Program-made: the position numbers and the translations under genes
In this document: one piece after another, positions 26,589 through 37,792 of the stretch
Numbering within the stretch: position 1 is the stretch's first letter
How the letters are laid out: the number at the start of each line of letters is the position of its first letter
The notes under the pieces: generated by a model
Told to the model about the DNA's origin: nothing
The model's input: the letters and a program-made list of their open reading frames with translations, nothing else
Databases searched by the model: none
Source: an uncultured delta proteobacterium
GTDB taxonomy: Bacteria; Desulfobacterota; BSN033; UBA1163
Assembly: GCA_963820625.1 (NCBI GenBank)
Contig: CAWGAV010000017.1
Coordinates: forward strand, 32,888 to 96,887
Direction: 5' to 3'
Length of the DNA stretch: 64,000 nt

Positions 26589-26767
26589 TTAAACTCCTTA
26601 AGAAAAATAATTTCATATTCTTTCTTGGGTAAAGGCTCAAAATCAATCTGTTGCATTTTTCATATTTCTATCAAAAATGGAGGGGCGGGTCAAACGAAAA
26701 TCAGGATCCGTTATTTCAATAATTTTGAACTGTTGAGAAAGGAAAGAATATGGTATCATTATTGTGA

Positions 26768-27082
26768 ATGAAATGGTTTATAGATATCCATGGCCGCCAA
26801 ATTCGATTAACAGATGAACGAGAGGAGCATATCGAGAATGACCATCCAGAAATGTCTGGTCAAATTGACAAGTTACGGGAAACTTTATTGAATCCTGATA
26901 AGGTCATCCGGTCTCGAACAGATCCAGAGGTTGAGCTATTTTATAGGTATTACGATGTTACACCTGTTACAGAAAAGTTTTTATGTGTTGTAGTCAAAGT
27001 ATCGGCTAATGATTTGTTTATTATAACAACCTATTTCACTGACACGATGAAAAGAGGTGAGGTGCTATGGCAAAGGAAATAA
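26768..27082 (+). CDS. DUF4258-family protein (putative RelE-fold toxin)
   Basis: 104 aa. The C-terminal CVVVKVSANDLFIITTYFTD matches the DUF4258 core. 16-nt overlap with the downstream DUF2283 gene. Confidence 0.55.
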   Translation: MKWFIDIHGRQIRLTDEREEHIENDHPEMSGQIDKLRETLLNPDKVIRSRTDPEVELFYRYYDVTPVTEKFLCVVVKVSANDLFIITTYFTDTMKRGEVLWQRK

Positions 27083-27279
27083 AAGTTTGGTATGACAAAG
27101 AAGGAGATTATCTTGAGGTAATTTTTGAACGAAAAGCCGGTCACTTCAGGGAAACAGAAAATGATGCAGTGATGGAAAAAGTTGATGAGGAAGGGAACAT
27201 CATCGGATTTTCTATCTTAAAAGTGAGTGCTCTTAAAGAAAAACCTCTCTCAGTCAGCCTAAGAAACAACGTCATCTAA
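27067..27279 (+). CDS. DUF2283-family protein (putative antitoxin)
   Basis: 70 aa with WYDKEGDYLEVIF...DEEGNIIGFSIL, the DUF2283 hallmark. Confidence 0.6.
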   Translation: MAKEIKVWYDKEGDYLEVIFERKAGHFRETENDAVMEKVDEEGNIIGFSILKVSALKEKPLSVSLRNNVI

Positions 27280-27451
27280 ATGTGGGTAATACCTCATCTT
27301 CTTATCACTTTAATTTGGAAGCTATTAATTAACCCCATTTTGTCCCCCACTTTAATCCCCATTCATCCCCCTTTAGGAAAGGGGATTTACTTTCTTCCAA
27401 AATTGACAATGGGCTAAAATTATAGTATTTTTAACCACATAAACGGGTTAG

Positions 27452-29995
27452 GTGATAAGGGGGATTTTCCCTTTTAGTATCTTAAATCCTCCCAAAAATC
27501 GACATGCGGATGGTGACGGATTGAAAGAATTTCTTTCCATCGTTTCAAGACCTGTCAGGTACCTTGGCCAGGAGATCCATTCGATTAAAAAAGACCCTGC
27601 CGAGGTCAAATTAAAATTCTGTCTTGCCTTTCCAGATGTCTATGAAGTCGGGATGTCTCATCTAGGGATCCAGATCCTTTATCACATTTTAAATGCAAAG
27701 AAAGGGATCGCCTGCGAAAGGGCTTTTGCTCCCTGGGGGGATATGGAGAAGGTCTTAAGGGAAAAAAAGATTCCTTTTTCCTCCCTCGAATCCTCCACTC
27801 CCCTCAATCAATTCGATATCTTGGGTTTCTCCCTCCAGTATGAACTCTGCTTCACCAATGTCCTCAATATGCTCGACCTCTCCAATATTCCTTTCCTCTC
27901 AAAAGACCGAGATGACAGGTTCCCACTCATCATCGCTGGAGGTCCTTTAACCTTCAATCCAGCACCCGTCGCTGATTTTTTTGATGCCATGGTCATCGGA
28001 GATGGTGAAGAAGTGATTCTTGAGTTCTGCGATCTCGCGCTCCAATGGAAAGAAGCCAGGGCAAAGAAGGAGGATCTTTTAAAATCCCTCTCTCAACTGG
28101 AGGGAGTCTATGTCCCCAGTTTACATACAGAGGGTAAAAAGATTCGTAAAAGAGTGGTTTCTGACCTCAACCAAACCTTCTTTCCCTCCTGTCCGATCGT
28201 CCCTTACATGAAAGTGGTTCATGACCGCCTCAATATTGAGATCGCAAGGGGTTGCAAAAGGGGATGCCGTTTCTGTGAAGCAGGGTTTATCCATCGGCCT
28301 TACCGTGAGAGAAGTCCAGAGGTGATTCATGAGATTCTCAATACCTCCCTTAAGGGAACGGGTTATGAAGAGCTCTCTTTACTCTCACTTAGTGCTGGAG
28401 ACTACTCTTCCATCGGACCTCTTCTCTCTGATCTGATGGACCGATTTGAATCGAAGAAAGTGGCTGTCTCTTTTCCCTCATTAAGGATTGAGAGTGTGGT
28501 AGGACATCTGGCAGAGGAAGTAAAACGGGTCAGAAAAACCGGATTTACGATCGCACCCGAGGCTGGAACAGAACGTCTTCGAAGGGTGATCAATAAAGAG
28601 TTGGATGAAAGGGTCTTTTTCCAAGGTCTATCGGACCTCTTTTCAAAAGGGTGGAAGAACATCAAACTCTATTTCATGATGGGACTTCCAACAGAAAAGG
28701 AGGAGGACTTAAGAGGAATCATTGAGCTGACCAAAAAGATTGCTTCCTTAGGAGAGAAGCAGAAAATCCATCCTAATATCAATATCAGTGTTTCTACTTT
28801 CGTGCCCAAACCCCACACTCCTTTCCAATGGGAGTCCCAAATCCCTTTAGAGGAGATGAAGGAGAAACTCCATTTGATGAGGGATGGGGTAAAGAGAAAC
28901 CATCTCCGTTTTAAGTGGCAAGATCCCCATCTCAGTTTTTTAGAGGGAATTTTTTCGATGGGGGATCGAAATCTTTCCCGGGTTTTAGTGGAATCCTTTC
29001 GGCTGGGATGCCGCTTCGATGGCTGGAGCGATCAATTCCGTTACCCCCTCTGGAAAGAAGCCTTTGAGAAGACAGGACTGGAGATGGATTCCCACACCCG
29101 GAAGAGAAAATTTGAGGATATCCTTCCATGGTCTTTAGTCGAAACAGGGATGGATGAACAATTTCTTTGGGAGGAATATCAGAGAGGCCTCGAAGAAAAA
29201 ATCAGCCCCCCCTGTGTGAAAGAGAACTGTCATCGGTGCGGGATTTGCGACGGGAAGACCATCACTGTGAGAGAAAGTGATCCGGCAGAAATAAAAGCTC
29301 TGGAAAGAAGGGCAAAAAAAGACATCCGAAGGAAAGGGATCAAGAAAAAGATTCGACTGAAATTCAGAAAGGTGGGAGAGATACGATTTCTGAGCCATTT
29401 AGAACTTGCCCACCTCTTCTATCGGGCTTCAAAGAGGGCCGACCTTCCCCTCTGCTTTTCTGAGGGATTTCACCCGATGCCCAGAATCATCTTTGCCACA
29501 GCCCTTCCAGTAGGAATGGAAAGTTTGACGGAGATCGTGGATATGGAGTGTGAAGGGAAAATCACTCCCCTTGAAGTCATGGAGAGACTCAATCAAACCC
29601 TGCCATCAGGAATTGAGATCATGGATGCCGAGGAAGTCCCGATCTTTTTTCATCTATCCTCGTTACCCCATCCGTCGGTTTACTGGATTCCATTGGATCA
29701 TCTTCTTTCAAAAGAAGAAGCCGTCCCAAAAGTCAAAAAGGCTTTGGATAAAAAAGAGTTCTTCATTCATCAGGAGAGAGATGGAAAGAAAAGGAGTGTG
29801 GATATTCGACCCCTGATTGAAAAGATGGAGATCAAGGAGCAAAAGGAAAGATCAGAAGAAGCCTCCCGATGGGGAGTGGAACTGGTACTCCGGAGGGCAA
29901 TGGGAAGAACGGCAAAACCGGTCGAGATTGTTGGAGCCATATTGGGTTTGGAAGGGGAACCTCTTGCCCAATGCAAAGTCATCAAGTTGGAATGA
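27452..29995 (+). CDS. Radical SAM protein (TIGR03960-type) fused to a DUF2344 (TIGR03936-type) C-terminal domain
   Basis: 847 aa with CKRGCRFCEAG radical-SAM motif. The C-terminal half is DUF2344-like. This gene is conserved next to rng in many genomes. Confidence 0.6.
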   Translation: MIRGIFPFSILNPPKNRHADGDGLKEFLSIVSRPVRYLGQEIHSIKKDPAEVKLKFCLAFPDVYEVGMSHLGIQILYHILNAKKGIACERAFAPWGDMEKVLREKKIPFSSLESSTPLNQFDILGFSLQYELCFTNVLNMLDLSNIPFLSKDRDDRFPLIIAGGPLTFNPAPVADFFDAMVIGDGEEVILEFCDLALQWKEARAKKEDLLKSLSQLEGVYVPSLHTEGKKIRKRVVSDLNQTFFPSCPIVPYMKVVHDRLNIEIARGCKRGCRFCEAGFIHRPYRERSPEVIHEILNTSLKGTGYEELSLLSLSAGDYSSIGPLLSDLMDRFESKKVAVSFPSLRIESVVGHLAEEVKRVRKTGFTIAPEAGTERLRRVINKELDERVFFQGLSDLFSKGWKNIKLYFMMGLPTEKEEDLRGIIELTKKIASLGEKQKIHPNINISVSTFVPKPHTPFQWESQIPLEEMKEKLHLMRDGVKRNHLRFKWQDPHLSFLEGIFSMGDRNLSRVLVESFRLGCRFDGWSDQFRYPLWKEAFEKTGLEMDSHTRKRKFEDILPWSLVETGMDEQFLWEEYQRGLEEKISPPCVKENCHRCGICDGKTITVRESDPAEIKALERRAKKDIRRKGIKKKIRLKFRKVGEIRFLSHLELAHLFYRASKRADLPLCFSEGFHPMPRIIFATALPVGMESLTEIVDMECEGKITPLEVMERLNQTLPSGIEIMDAEEVPIFFHLSSLPHPSVYWIPLDHLLSKEEAVPKVKKALDKKEFFIHQERDGKKRSVDIRPLIEKMEIKEQKERSEEASRWGVELVLRRAMGRTAKPVEIVGAILGLEGEPLAQCKVIKLE

Positions 29996-30133
29996 TGGAA
30001 TTTTGGGAAACTGGAATATTGGCATCTATGAGTTGTGAATGTTTGGGGAATGCTCTTCTCTTGAAAACCATCATTCCACCCTTCCACTATTCCAGTATTA
30101 CAATTCCATGTTTTTACTTCTTAGGAGTAGGTT

Positions 30134-31627
30134 ATGGCGAATGAACTCATCATTAACGTGACGCAACAAGAGACAAGGGTCGCCCTTTTGGAGGATCGGG
30201 CTCTTGCCGAACTTTATATCGAGCGCACCAAAGACCGGGGAATCATGGGGAATATCTATAAGGGGAAAGTGGTGAAGGTCTTGCCTGGGATGCAAGCTGC
30301 TTTTGTCGATATCGGATTGGAAAAGGCCGCTTTCCTTTATGTCTCGGACGTCCATGGTGGGATCGAAGATTATGAGGAGATGGGTTTCCATGGGGAAGAG
30401 ATGCCTATCTATTTCAGCAGCCCTTCCTCACAGATCGAAGACCTCCTCTCCGAAGGTCAGGAGATATTGGTTCAGGTTTCCAAAGAGCCTCTCGGCACGA
30501 AAGGAACCCGAATCACCTCTCACACTACATTGCCCGGCAGGTATCTTGTCTACATGCCCCTGGTGGATCATATCGGTGTTTCAAGAAGGATCAAGGATGA
30601 AAAGGAACGAAGGAGGTTGAGAGAGATCGTCCAATCGATGAAACCCCCTGCCGGTGGTTTCATCGTGCGGACAGCCAGTGAAGGGGCAGAGGTGGACGAA
30701 ATTCGAACCGACATGGAATTCCTCCTCCATCTCTGGAATAACATTCAGAAGAAGAGAGAAAATTCAACGGCCCCGTCACTGATCCACAGTGACCTGACCA
30801 TGGTTCTTCGGGTCATCCGGGATATCCTCTCCCCACAGGTCAATCGAATCATCATCGACTCTAAAGAAGAATATGATAACATTCTCTCCTTCATCAATAC
30901 CTATATGCCAAAACAAAAATATGAGATGATCCTCTATGAGAAGAAAGAGCCGATCTTTGATGCTTATGGGATTGAGATGGAGATTGACAAAATCCTGGGC
31001 AGTAAGATTTGGCTCAAATCCGGAGGGTACATCGTCATTGATATGAGCGAAGCCCTGGTGGCCATTGATGTGAATACAGGAAGGTATGTGGGCAAGAGAA
31101 ATTTAGCGGATACGATCCTTAAAACCAACCTGGAAGCATCGAAGGAGATCGCCTACCAATTGAGATTACGGAATATCGGAGGGATCATCATCATTGACTT
31201 TATCGATATGGAAAGAGAGGGTGATCGGGAAAAGGTTTATCAGGCTTTGGAAGAAGCCTTGAAGAAAGATCGACAGAAGACCAATATCTTTAAGATCTCA
31301 GAATTGGGCCTGGTGGAGATGACCCGGAAGCGAACCCGGGAGAACATCTCTCGGATCCTGGGTGAGCCCTGTCCCTATTGTGAGGGAGCTGGACTGATTA
31401 AATCGAAGACGACGGTCTGTTATGACATCTTCCGGGAGATCGAAAGAACTTCTACTGAACTGGGGGGGCATAACATCGTAGTGGAAGCCAATCCGGAGAT
31501 TACCGACCTTCTTTATGAAGAGGAGAGGGCTGGCGTGGAGGAATTGGAGAAAAAACTGAGGAAAAAGATCGTCATTAAGGGCAAGGCCGGATTCCACCAG
31601 GAGCAATTCAGCATCATTGAAATATGA
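30134..31627 (+). CDS. rng: Ribonuclease G (Rne/Rng family, CafA)
   Basis: 497 aa. S1 domain (IYKGKVVKVLPGMQAAFVDIG), DNase-I-like catalytic core, and zinc link CPYCEG. Confidence 0.8.
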   Translation: MANELIINVTQQETRVALLEDRALAELYIERTKDRGIMGNIYKGKVVKVLPGMQAAFVDIGLEKAAFLYVSDVHGGIEDYEEMGFHGEEMPIYFSSPSSQIEDLLSEGQEILVQVSKEPLGTKGTRITSHTTLPGRYLVYMPLVDHIGVSRRIKDEKERRRLREIVQSMKPPAGGFIVRTASEGAEVDEIRTDMEFLLHLWNNIQKKRENSTAPSLIHSDLTMVLRVIRDILSPQVNRIIIDSKEEYDNILSFINTYMPKQKYEMILYEKKEPIFDAYGIEMEIDKILGSKIWLKSGGYIVIDMSEALVAIDVNTGRYVGKRNLADTILKTNLEASKEIAYQLRLRNIGGIIIIDFIDMEREGDREKVYQALEEALKKDRQKTNIFKISELGLVEMTRKRTRENISRILGEPCPYCEGAGLIKSKTTVCYDIFREIERTSTELGGHNIVVEANPEITDLLYEEERAGVEELEKKLRKKIVIKGKAGFHQEQFSIIEI

Positions 31628-31632
31628 GAAAA

Positions 31633-31665
31633 GAGACTTCTGAAAAATTCCAGAAATCTCTGATT
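31633..31665. repeat. 32-nt imperfect hairpin element GAGACTTCTGAAAAATTCCAGAAATCTCTGAT
   Basis: Second copy of the 7538-7569 element, just downstream of the rng stop. Confidence 0.55.
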
Positions 31666-31791
31666 CCACCGATTAGGAACCGATTACACAGATATGAAAT
31701 TCAGTGAAACATCATGAAAATCCGTATAATCCTCTTTTAAAATCTGTGTTATCAAGAGAGCGTGAAGGTTTTTCTTAGAGCTCTCAAAAAT

Positions 31792-31820
31792 TTGACAATA
31801 AGCTAAAAATCAATTAATAT
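31792..31820 (+). promoter_or_regulatory. Sigma-70-type promoter of the rplU-rpmA-obg operon
   Basis: TTGACA, a 17-nt spacer, then TAATAT, about 30 nt upstream of rplU. Confidence 0.55.
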
Positions 31821-31850
31821 TCATCAATTATTTTAATTCGGAGGAGTCTG

Positions 31851-32165
31851 ATGTATGCAGTGGTGAAAACCGGTGGAAAGGAATATCGGGTCTCCAAGGG
31901 AGACCTCATGCGGGTAGAGAAATTGGAGGGAAAAGTTGGAGATCAAGTGGAATTGAAAGATGTCTTGATGGTCTCCAAAGAAGGTGAGACACAGCTTGGA
32001 ACCCCCCATCTGACTAACGTCGTCATCAAAGGGGAAATCATCCAGGAGATAAAAGGGAAAAAGGTCCTGACTTACAAGATGAAAAGGAGAAAGAATTATC
32101 GGCGATTCAAAGGACATCGCCAAACTTATACGTATCTGAAGGTCAACGATATTTCGTTGTCATAA
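31851..32165 (+). CDS. rplU: 50S ribosomal protein L21
   Basis: MYAVVKTGGKEYRVSKGD. Confidence 0.9.
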   Translation: MYAVVKTGGKEYRVSKGDLMRVEKLEGKVGDQVELKDVLMVSKEGETQLGTPHLTNVVIKGEIIQEIKGKKVLTYKMKRRKNYRRFKGHRQTYTYLKVNDISLS

Positions 32166-32185
32166 TGAAAATTTGACCCTATGAC

Positions 32186-32262
32186 GTAGCGTCGGCATTT
32201 ACTGCCGACGCCGAATGGGTGTTTTGATCCGCCCCCGATAAACGGGGGCGATACAGCATCAC
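32186..32262. repeat. Two hairpins between rplU and rpmA (GTAGCGTCGGCATTTACTGCCGACG; CCGCCCCCGATAAACGGGGGCG)
   Basis: The first is the exact inverse of 3430-3454. These are REP-like stems or a regulatory attenuator. Confidence 0.55.
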
Positions 32263-32281
32263 AAGGGGTTGGAGGTAGGGT

Positions 32282-32542
32282 ATGGCACACAAGAAAGCAG
32301 GAGGAAGTTCTCGGAACGGCAGGGATAGTGCAGGACAGCGATTGGGCGTCAAACGATTCGGTGGGCAATGGGTCCAGGCAGGAAACATCTTGGTCCGTCA
32401 GAAAGGGACTCGGATTCATCCTGGAGAAAATGTAGGGGTGGGAAAGGATTACACCCTTTTTGCCAGAGTTGATGGGATCGTCAAATATGAGAAGAGAGGA
32501 AGAGATAAAAAACAGGTGAGTGTCTACGCCCAGAATCTTTAA
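32282..32542 (+). CDS. rpmA: 50S ribosomal protein L27
   Basis: [16 protein letters not shown]. Confidence 0.9.
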   Translation: MAHKKAGGSSRNGRDSAGQRLGVKRFGGQWVQAGNILVRQKGTRIHPGENVGVGKDYTLFARVDGIVKYEKRGRDKKQVSVYAQNL

Positions 32543-32619
32543 CCCTGCTCCACAAAGGGTGCAGGGCTGAAGCCCTGAACCCTGCGCGGTGTAGGGGGTT
32601 CCCTCCATTTGGCCTGTAA

Positions 32620-34773
<2,154 letters not shown>

Positions 34774-34777
<4 letters not shown>

Positions 34778-36141
34778 AAAAGAATGTGGATTTCAAAGCA
34801 GAGGTAAGAGAGATGGCCAGAAAGGCTAAGGAGGCCTCTTATCGACTGGCTCAACTCTCGACGGTCACCAAAAATAAGGCTTTGCTCGAGATGGCAGAGG
34901 ATCTGGAGCGGAATCAGGAACGGTTGATTAAAGAAAATCGAAAAGATCTCGCCGCTGGGGAGGAGGCCTCTCTCTCTTCTTCATTGATCGACCGTTTAAG
35001 ATTGACTCCTGCAGTCATCCGTGGGATGGCAGAGGGGCTTCGGGAAGTGGCTCGCCTTCCCGATCCGGTGGGCGAAGTGATCAAGATGTGGAAAAGGCCC
35101 AATGGCTTGATGGTTGGAAGGATGAGGATCCCCATTGGTGTCATTGGAATCATTTATGAATCGAGGCCCAATGTGACCGCCGACGCTTCAGGGCTCTGCC
35201 TAAAATCGGGGAACCCTGTCATCCTGAGGGGTGGTTCAGAAGCCTTTCACTCCAATCAGGCCATCGGACAAATTCTTCGAAAAGTCCTCGTCAAGATGGG
35301 ACTCCCTCAGGAGGCTATCCAGATCTTTCCTCATACCGAGAGAGAGGCGATCCGAGAGATGCTCCAGTTGGAGGACGAGATCGATCTCATCATCCCCAGG
35401 GGAGGAGAAGAGCTCATTCGATTCGTGGCAAATCATTCAAGGATTCCTGTCATCAAACATTATAAAGGAGTCTGCCATATCTTCATGGATGAGACCGCTG
35501 ATCTGGAGATGGCCACCCGGATCTGCCTCAATGCGAAAGTCCAGAGACCCGGGGTGTGCAATGCCATGGAGACCCTGTTAGTTCATGAAAAGGTGGCAGG
35601 TCAATTTCTTCCAAAGATCGCAAGAGTCCTCCAGAAAGAAGGGGTAGAACTGAGGGGATGCCCTCGGACAAAAAAAGTTCTTTCTCGCATTAAAGAGGCT
35701 CGGGAAGAAGATTGGTTTCAAGAATATTTAGACCTCATTCTCTCGATCAAGGTGGTGAAGGGAATCGAAGAAGCCATCGAGCACATTGCGAGGTATGGCT
35801 CGCTCCACACAGAAGCCATCATCACTTCTGATTATCAGAATGCACAGAGGTTTTTAAGAGAAGTCAACTCCTCCTGTGTCCTGATCAACGCCTCGACAAG
35901 ATTCAATGATGGGTTCGAGTTGGGATTGGGCGCAGAGATCGGAATCAGCACCTCCAAACTCCATGCCTTTGGCCCCATGGGGTTGGAGGAATTGACCACG
36001 ACCAAATTTATTGTTTATGGAGAGGGACAAATCCGAGTGATAAGAGTAAATCCAATGCGAATAGTTGGAATAATGGATTATTGGAATACCTTCAGGGAAA
36101 CTAAAGGGAAAAGACCGTATGGTCGCCTTTACTTTTTCTAA
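34774..36141 (+). CDS. proA: Gamma-glutamyl phosphate reductase, with a ~34-aa C-terminal extension
   Basis: ALDH-family ProA pattern through ...[15 protein letters not shown]. The ORF then continues as [19 protein letters not shown].... Confidence 0.8.
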
Positions 36142-36215
36142 CTCATCATTCCATTTTTCCATTATTCCAGAGGGGTGAAGTCACACAATTGGCTATGGGA
36201 GGGGAACAGAGATAG

Positions 36216-36884
36216 AAAAGAAATCTGGAGCAGGCAGAGAGAAGAATTGGGCTATTTGGAGGGACCTTCAACCCCGTCCATCTGGGTCACCTCCGGGGGG
36301 GGGAAGAAATTCGAGAGGCTTTCAACCTCGAGGAGGTCCTCTTCATCCCTTCCTCCATTCCACCCCATAAGATGACAGAGAAGGTCATCGAGGCAAAGCA
36401 TCGGCTCGAAATGGTGAGGGTGGCCACCTCAAACAACCCCCATTTTTCTACCAGCGACATTGAACTCTCAAGACCTGGAAAATCTTACTCCATCGACACC
36501 ATCCGATATTTTCGGGAGAGCCACCAGGATGCCCTTTTCTTCATCCTGGGTGGGGATGCTTTTGTGGAGATCGAGACATGGAGGGAATTTCAAAATCTCT
36601 TTTCTCATTGCCACTTTATTGTGATGACCCGACCGGGATCTCAAAAAAATACATTATCCTCCCAACTCCCAAAGACCTTGATCCCAAGTTTTCGATATGA
36701 CCCTGAAGAGAAGGTCTGGATCCACCTCTCAGGCCACCGGCTCTATTTCAAAGAAATTTCGTTCCTCGATATCTCTTCTACAAAGGTCCGGGAGCTAATC
36801 GAAAAGGGGGAGTCGGCGAGGTATCTGATCCCGACCGAAGTGGAGGTTTATATTCAACAAAACGGGCTCTATAGGAAGAGTTGA
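36216..36884 (+). CDS. nadD: Nicotinate-nucleotide adenylyltransferase; the reading frame is open from 36216 but has no ATG/GTG/TTG before 36372
   Basis: The frame reads ...RRIGLFGGTFNPVHLGHLRGGEEIREAFNLEEVLFIPSSIPPHKMTEKV.... It has the HxGH motif and then continues into ORF 36372..36884. The only upstream in-frame ATG (36195) is followed by a TAG at 36213-36215. Confidence 0.6.
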   Translation, partial: KRNLEQAERRIGLFGGTFNPVHLGHLRGGEEIREAFNLEEVLFIPSSIPPHKMTEKVIEAKHRLEMVRVATSNNPHFSTSDIELSRPGKSYSIDTIRYFRESHQDALFFILGGDAFVEIETWREFQNLFSHCHFIVMTRPGSQKNTLSSQLPKTLIPSFRYDPEEKVWIHLSGHRLYFKEISFLDISSTKVRELIEKGESARYLIPTEVEVYIQQNGLYRKS

Positions 36885-36955
36885 TGATTCGAGGAATCGG
36901 CTTTTGTGGGCTAAGGATTCCCTTGAAAATAATATCTATTTTCGTTATTTTTTTA

Positions 36956-36983
36956 TTGTCATCATCATTTTTTCTGGTATAAT
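36956..36983 (+). promoter_or_regulatory. Sigma-70 promoter with extended -10 (TTGTCA-N16-TGgTATAAT) upstream of rsfS
   Basis: TTGTCATCATCATTTTTTCTGGTATAAT, about 30 nt before rsfS. Confidence 0.55.
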
Positions 36984-37013
36984 GTTTAACTCAAAATTAT
37001 CCCCCAGGAGGGT

Positions 37014-37379
37014 ATGGTCACCGATTCGAAAACAAAATCTTTGCTCTGCTTGAAGGCAGCTCTTGAAAAGAAGGCCTTAAACCCGGTTCTTATTGAGTTG
37101 AAAGGGACGACCTCCTTCACCGATTATTTTCTCCTCTGCAGCGGCAAGTCCGATCGCCAAGTCCAGGCCATTGCCCAAGGGATTGAGGAGGCTCTCAAAA
37201 AGAATGGGATTCGACCTCTGGGTCAGGAGGGGATGACCGGAGGGAGATGGGTTTTGATCGATTATGAGGATGTGGTCGTCCATATCTTTCTGGAACCTGT
37301 GAGAAAATTCTACGATTTGGAAGGGCTTTGGATCGACGCCCCGCGAATGGATCTCCAAAAAGGAGGAAATATTGGCTAA
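37014..37379 (+). CDS. rsfS: Ribosomal silencing factor RsfS (iojap)
   Basis: 121 aa. DYFLLCSGKSDRQVQAIA...DYEDVVVHIF. Confidence 0.85.
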   Translation: MVTDSKTKSLLCLKAALEKKALNPVLIELKGTTSFTDYFLLCSGKSDRQVQAIAQGIEEALKKNGIRPLGQEGMTGGRWVLIDYEDVVVHIFLEPVRKFYDLEGLWIDAPRMDLQKGGNIG

Positions 37380-37788
37380 GGGAAAAGTTAAAGTTAAGGC
37401 ACAAGTGAAAAGACAAGAGGATCAGAAAAAAGAACTGGATAAAAAGACGATCACCAAGTTTAAAAAAATTCTTCTCAAGGAACGGGAGCAGATCGTCGGT
37501 GAGGTCAAACAGATTGTTGAATCTTCAAAGGAAATGGGGCAAGATGGCATTCAGGACATCGGGGATGAGGCCGCCAATATTTATAACAAACAAGTCTTGC
37601 TCAGCTTAAATGAGAATGAGCGAATGAGGCTCCAAGAGGTGGATGAAGCTTTAGATCGTATTGAGAATGGGACCTATGGGATTTGCGAGGAATGTGGAGG
37701 TCCTATAAGTTTAAAACGACTCGAGGTTCGACCGGTGGCGAAATATTGTGTTCCTTGCTTAACCAAACTGGAGAAGGGAAAGTTATAG
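37372..37788 (+). CDS. DksA/TraR-family C4 zinc-finger protein
   Basis: The coiled-coil region plus CEECGGPIS...CVPC is the C4 zinc finger of DksA/TraR. Confidence 0.65.
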   Translation: MAKGKVKVKAQVKRQEDQKKELDKKTITKFKKILLKEREQIVGEVKQIVESSKEMGQDGIQDIGDEAANIYNKQVLLSLNENERMRLQEVDEALDRIENGTYGICEECGGPISLKRLEVRPVAKYCVPCLTKLEKGKL

Positions 37789-37792
37789 AAAA

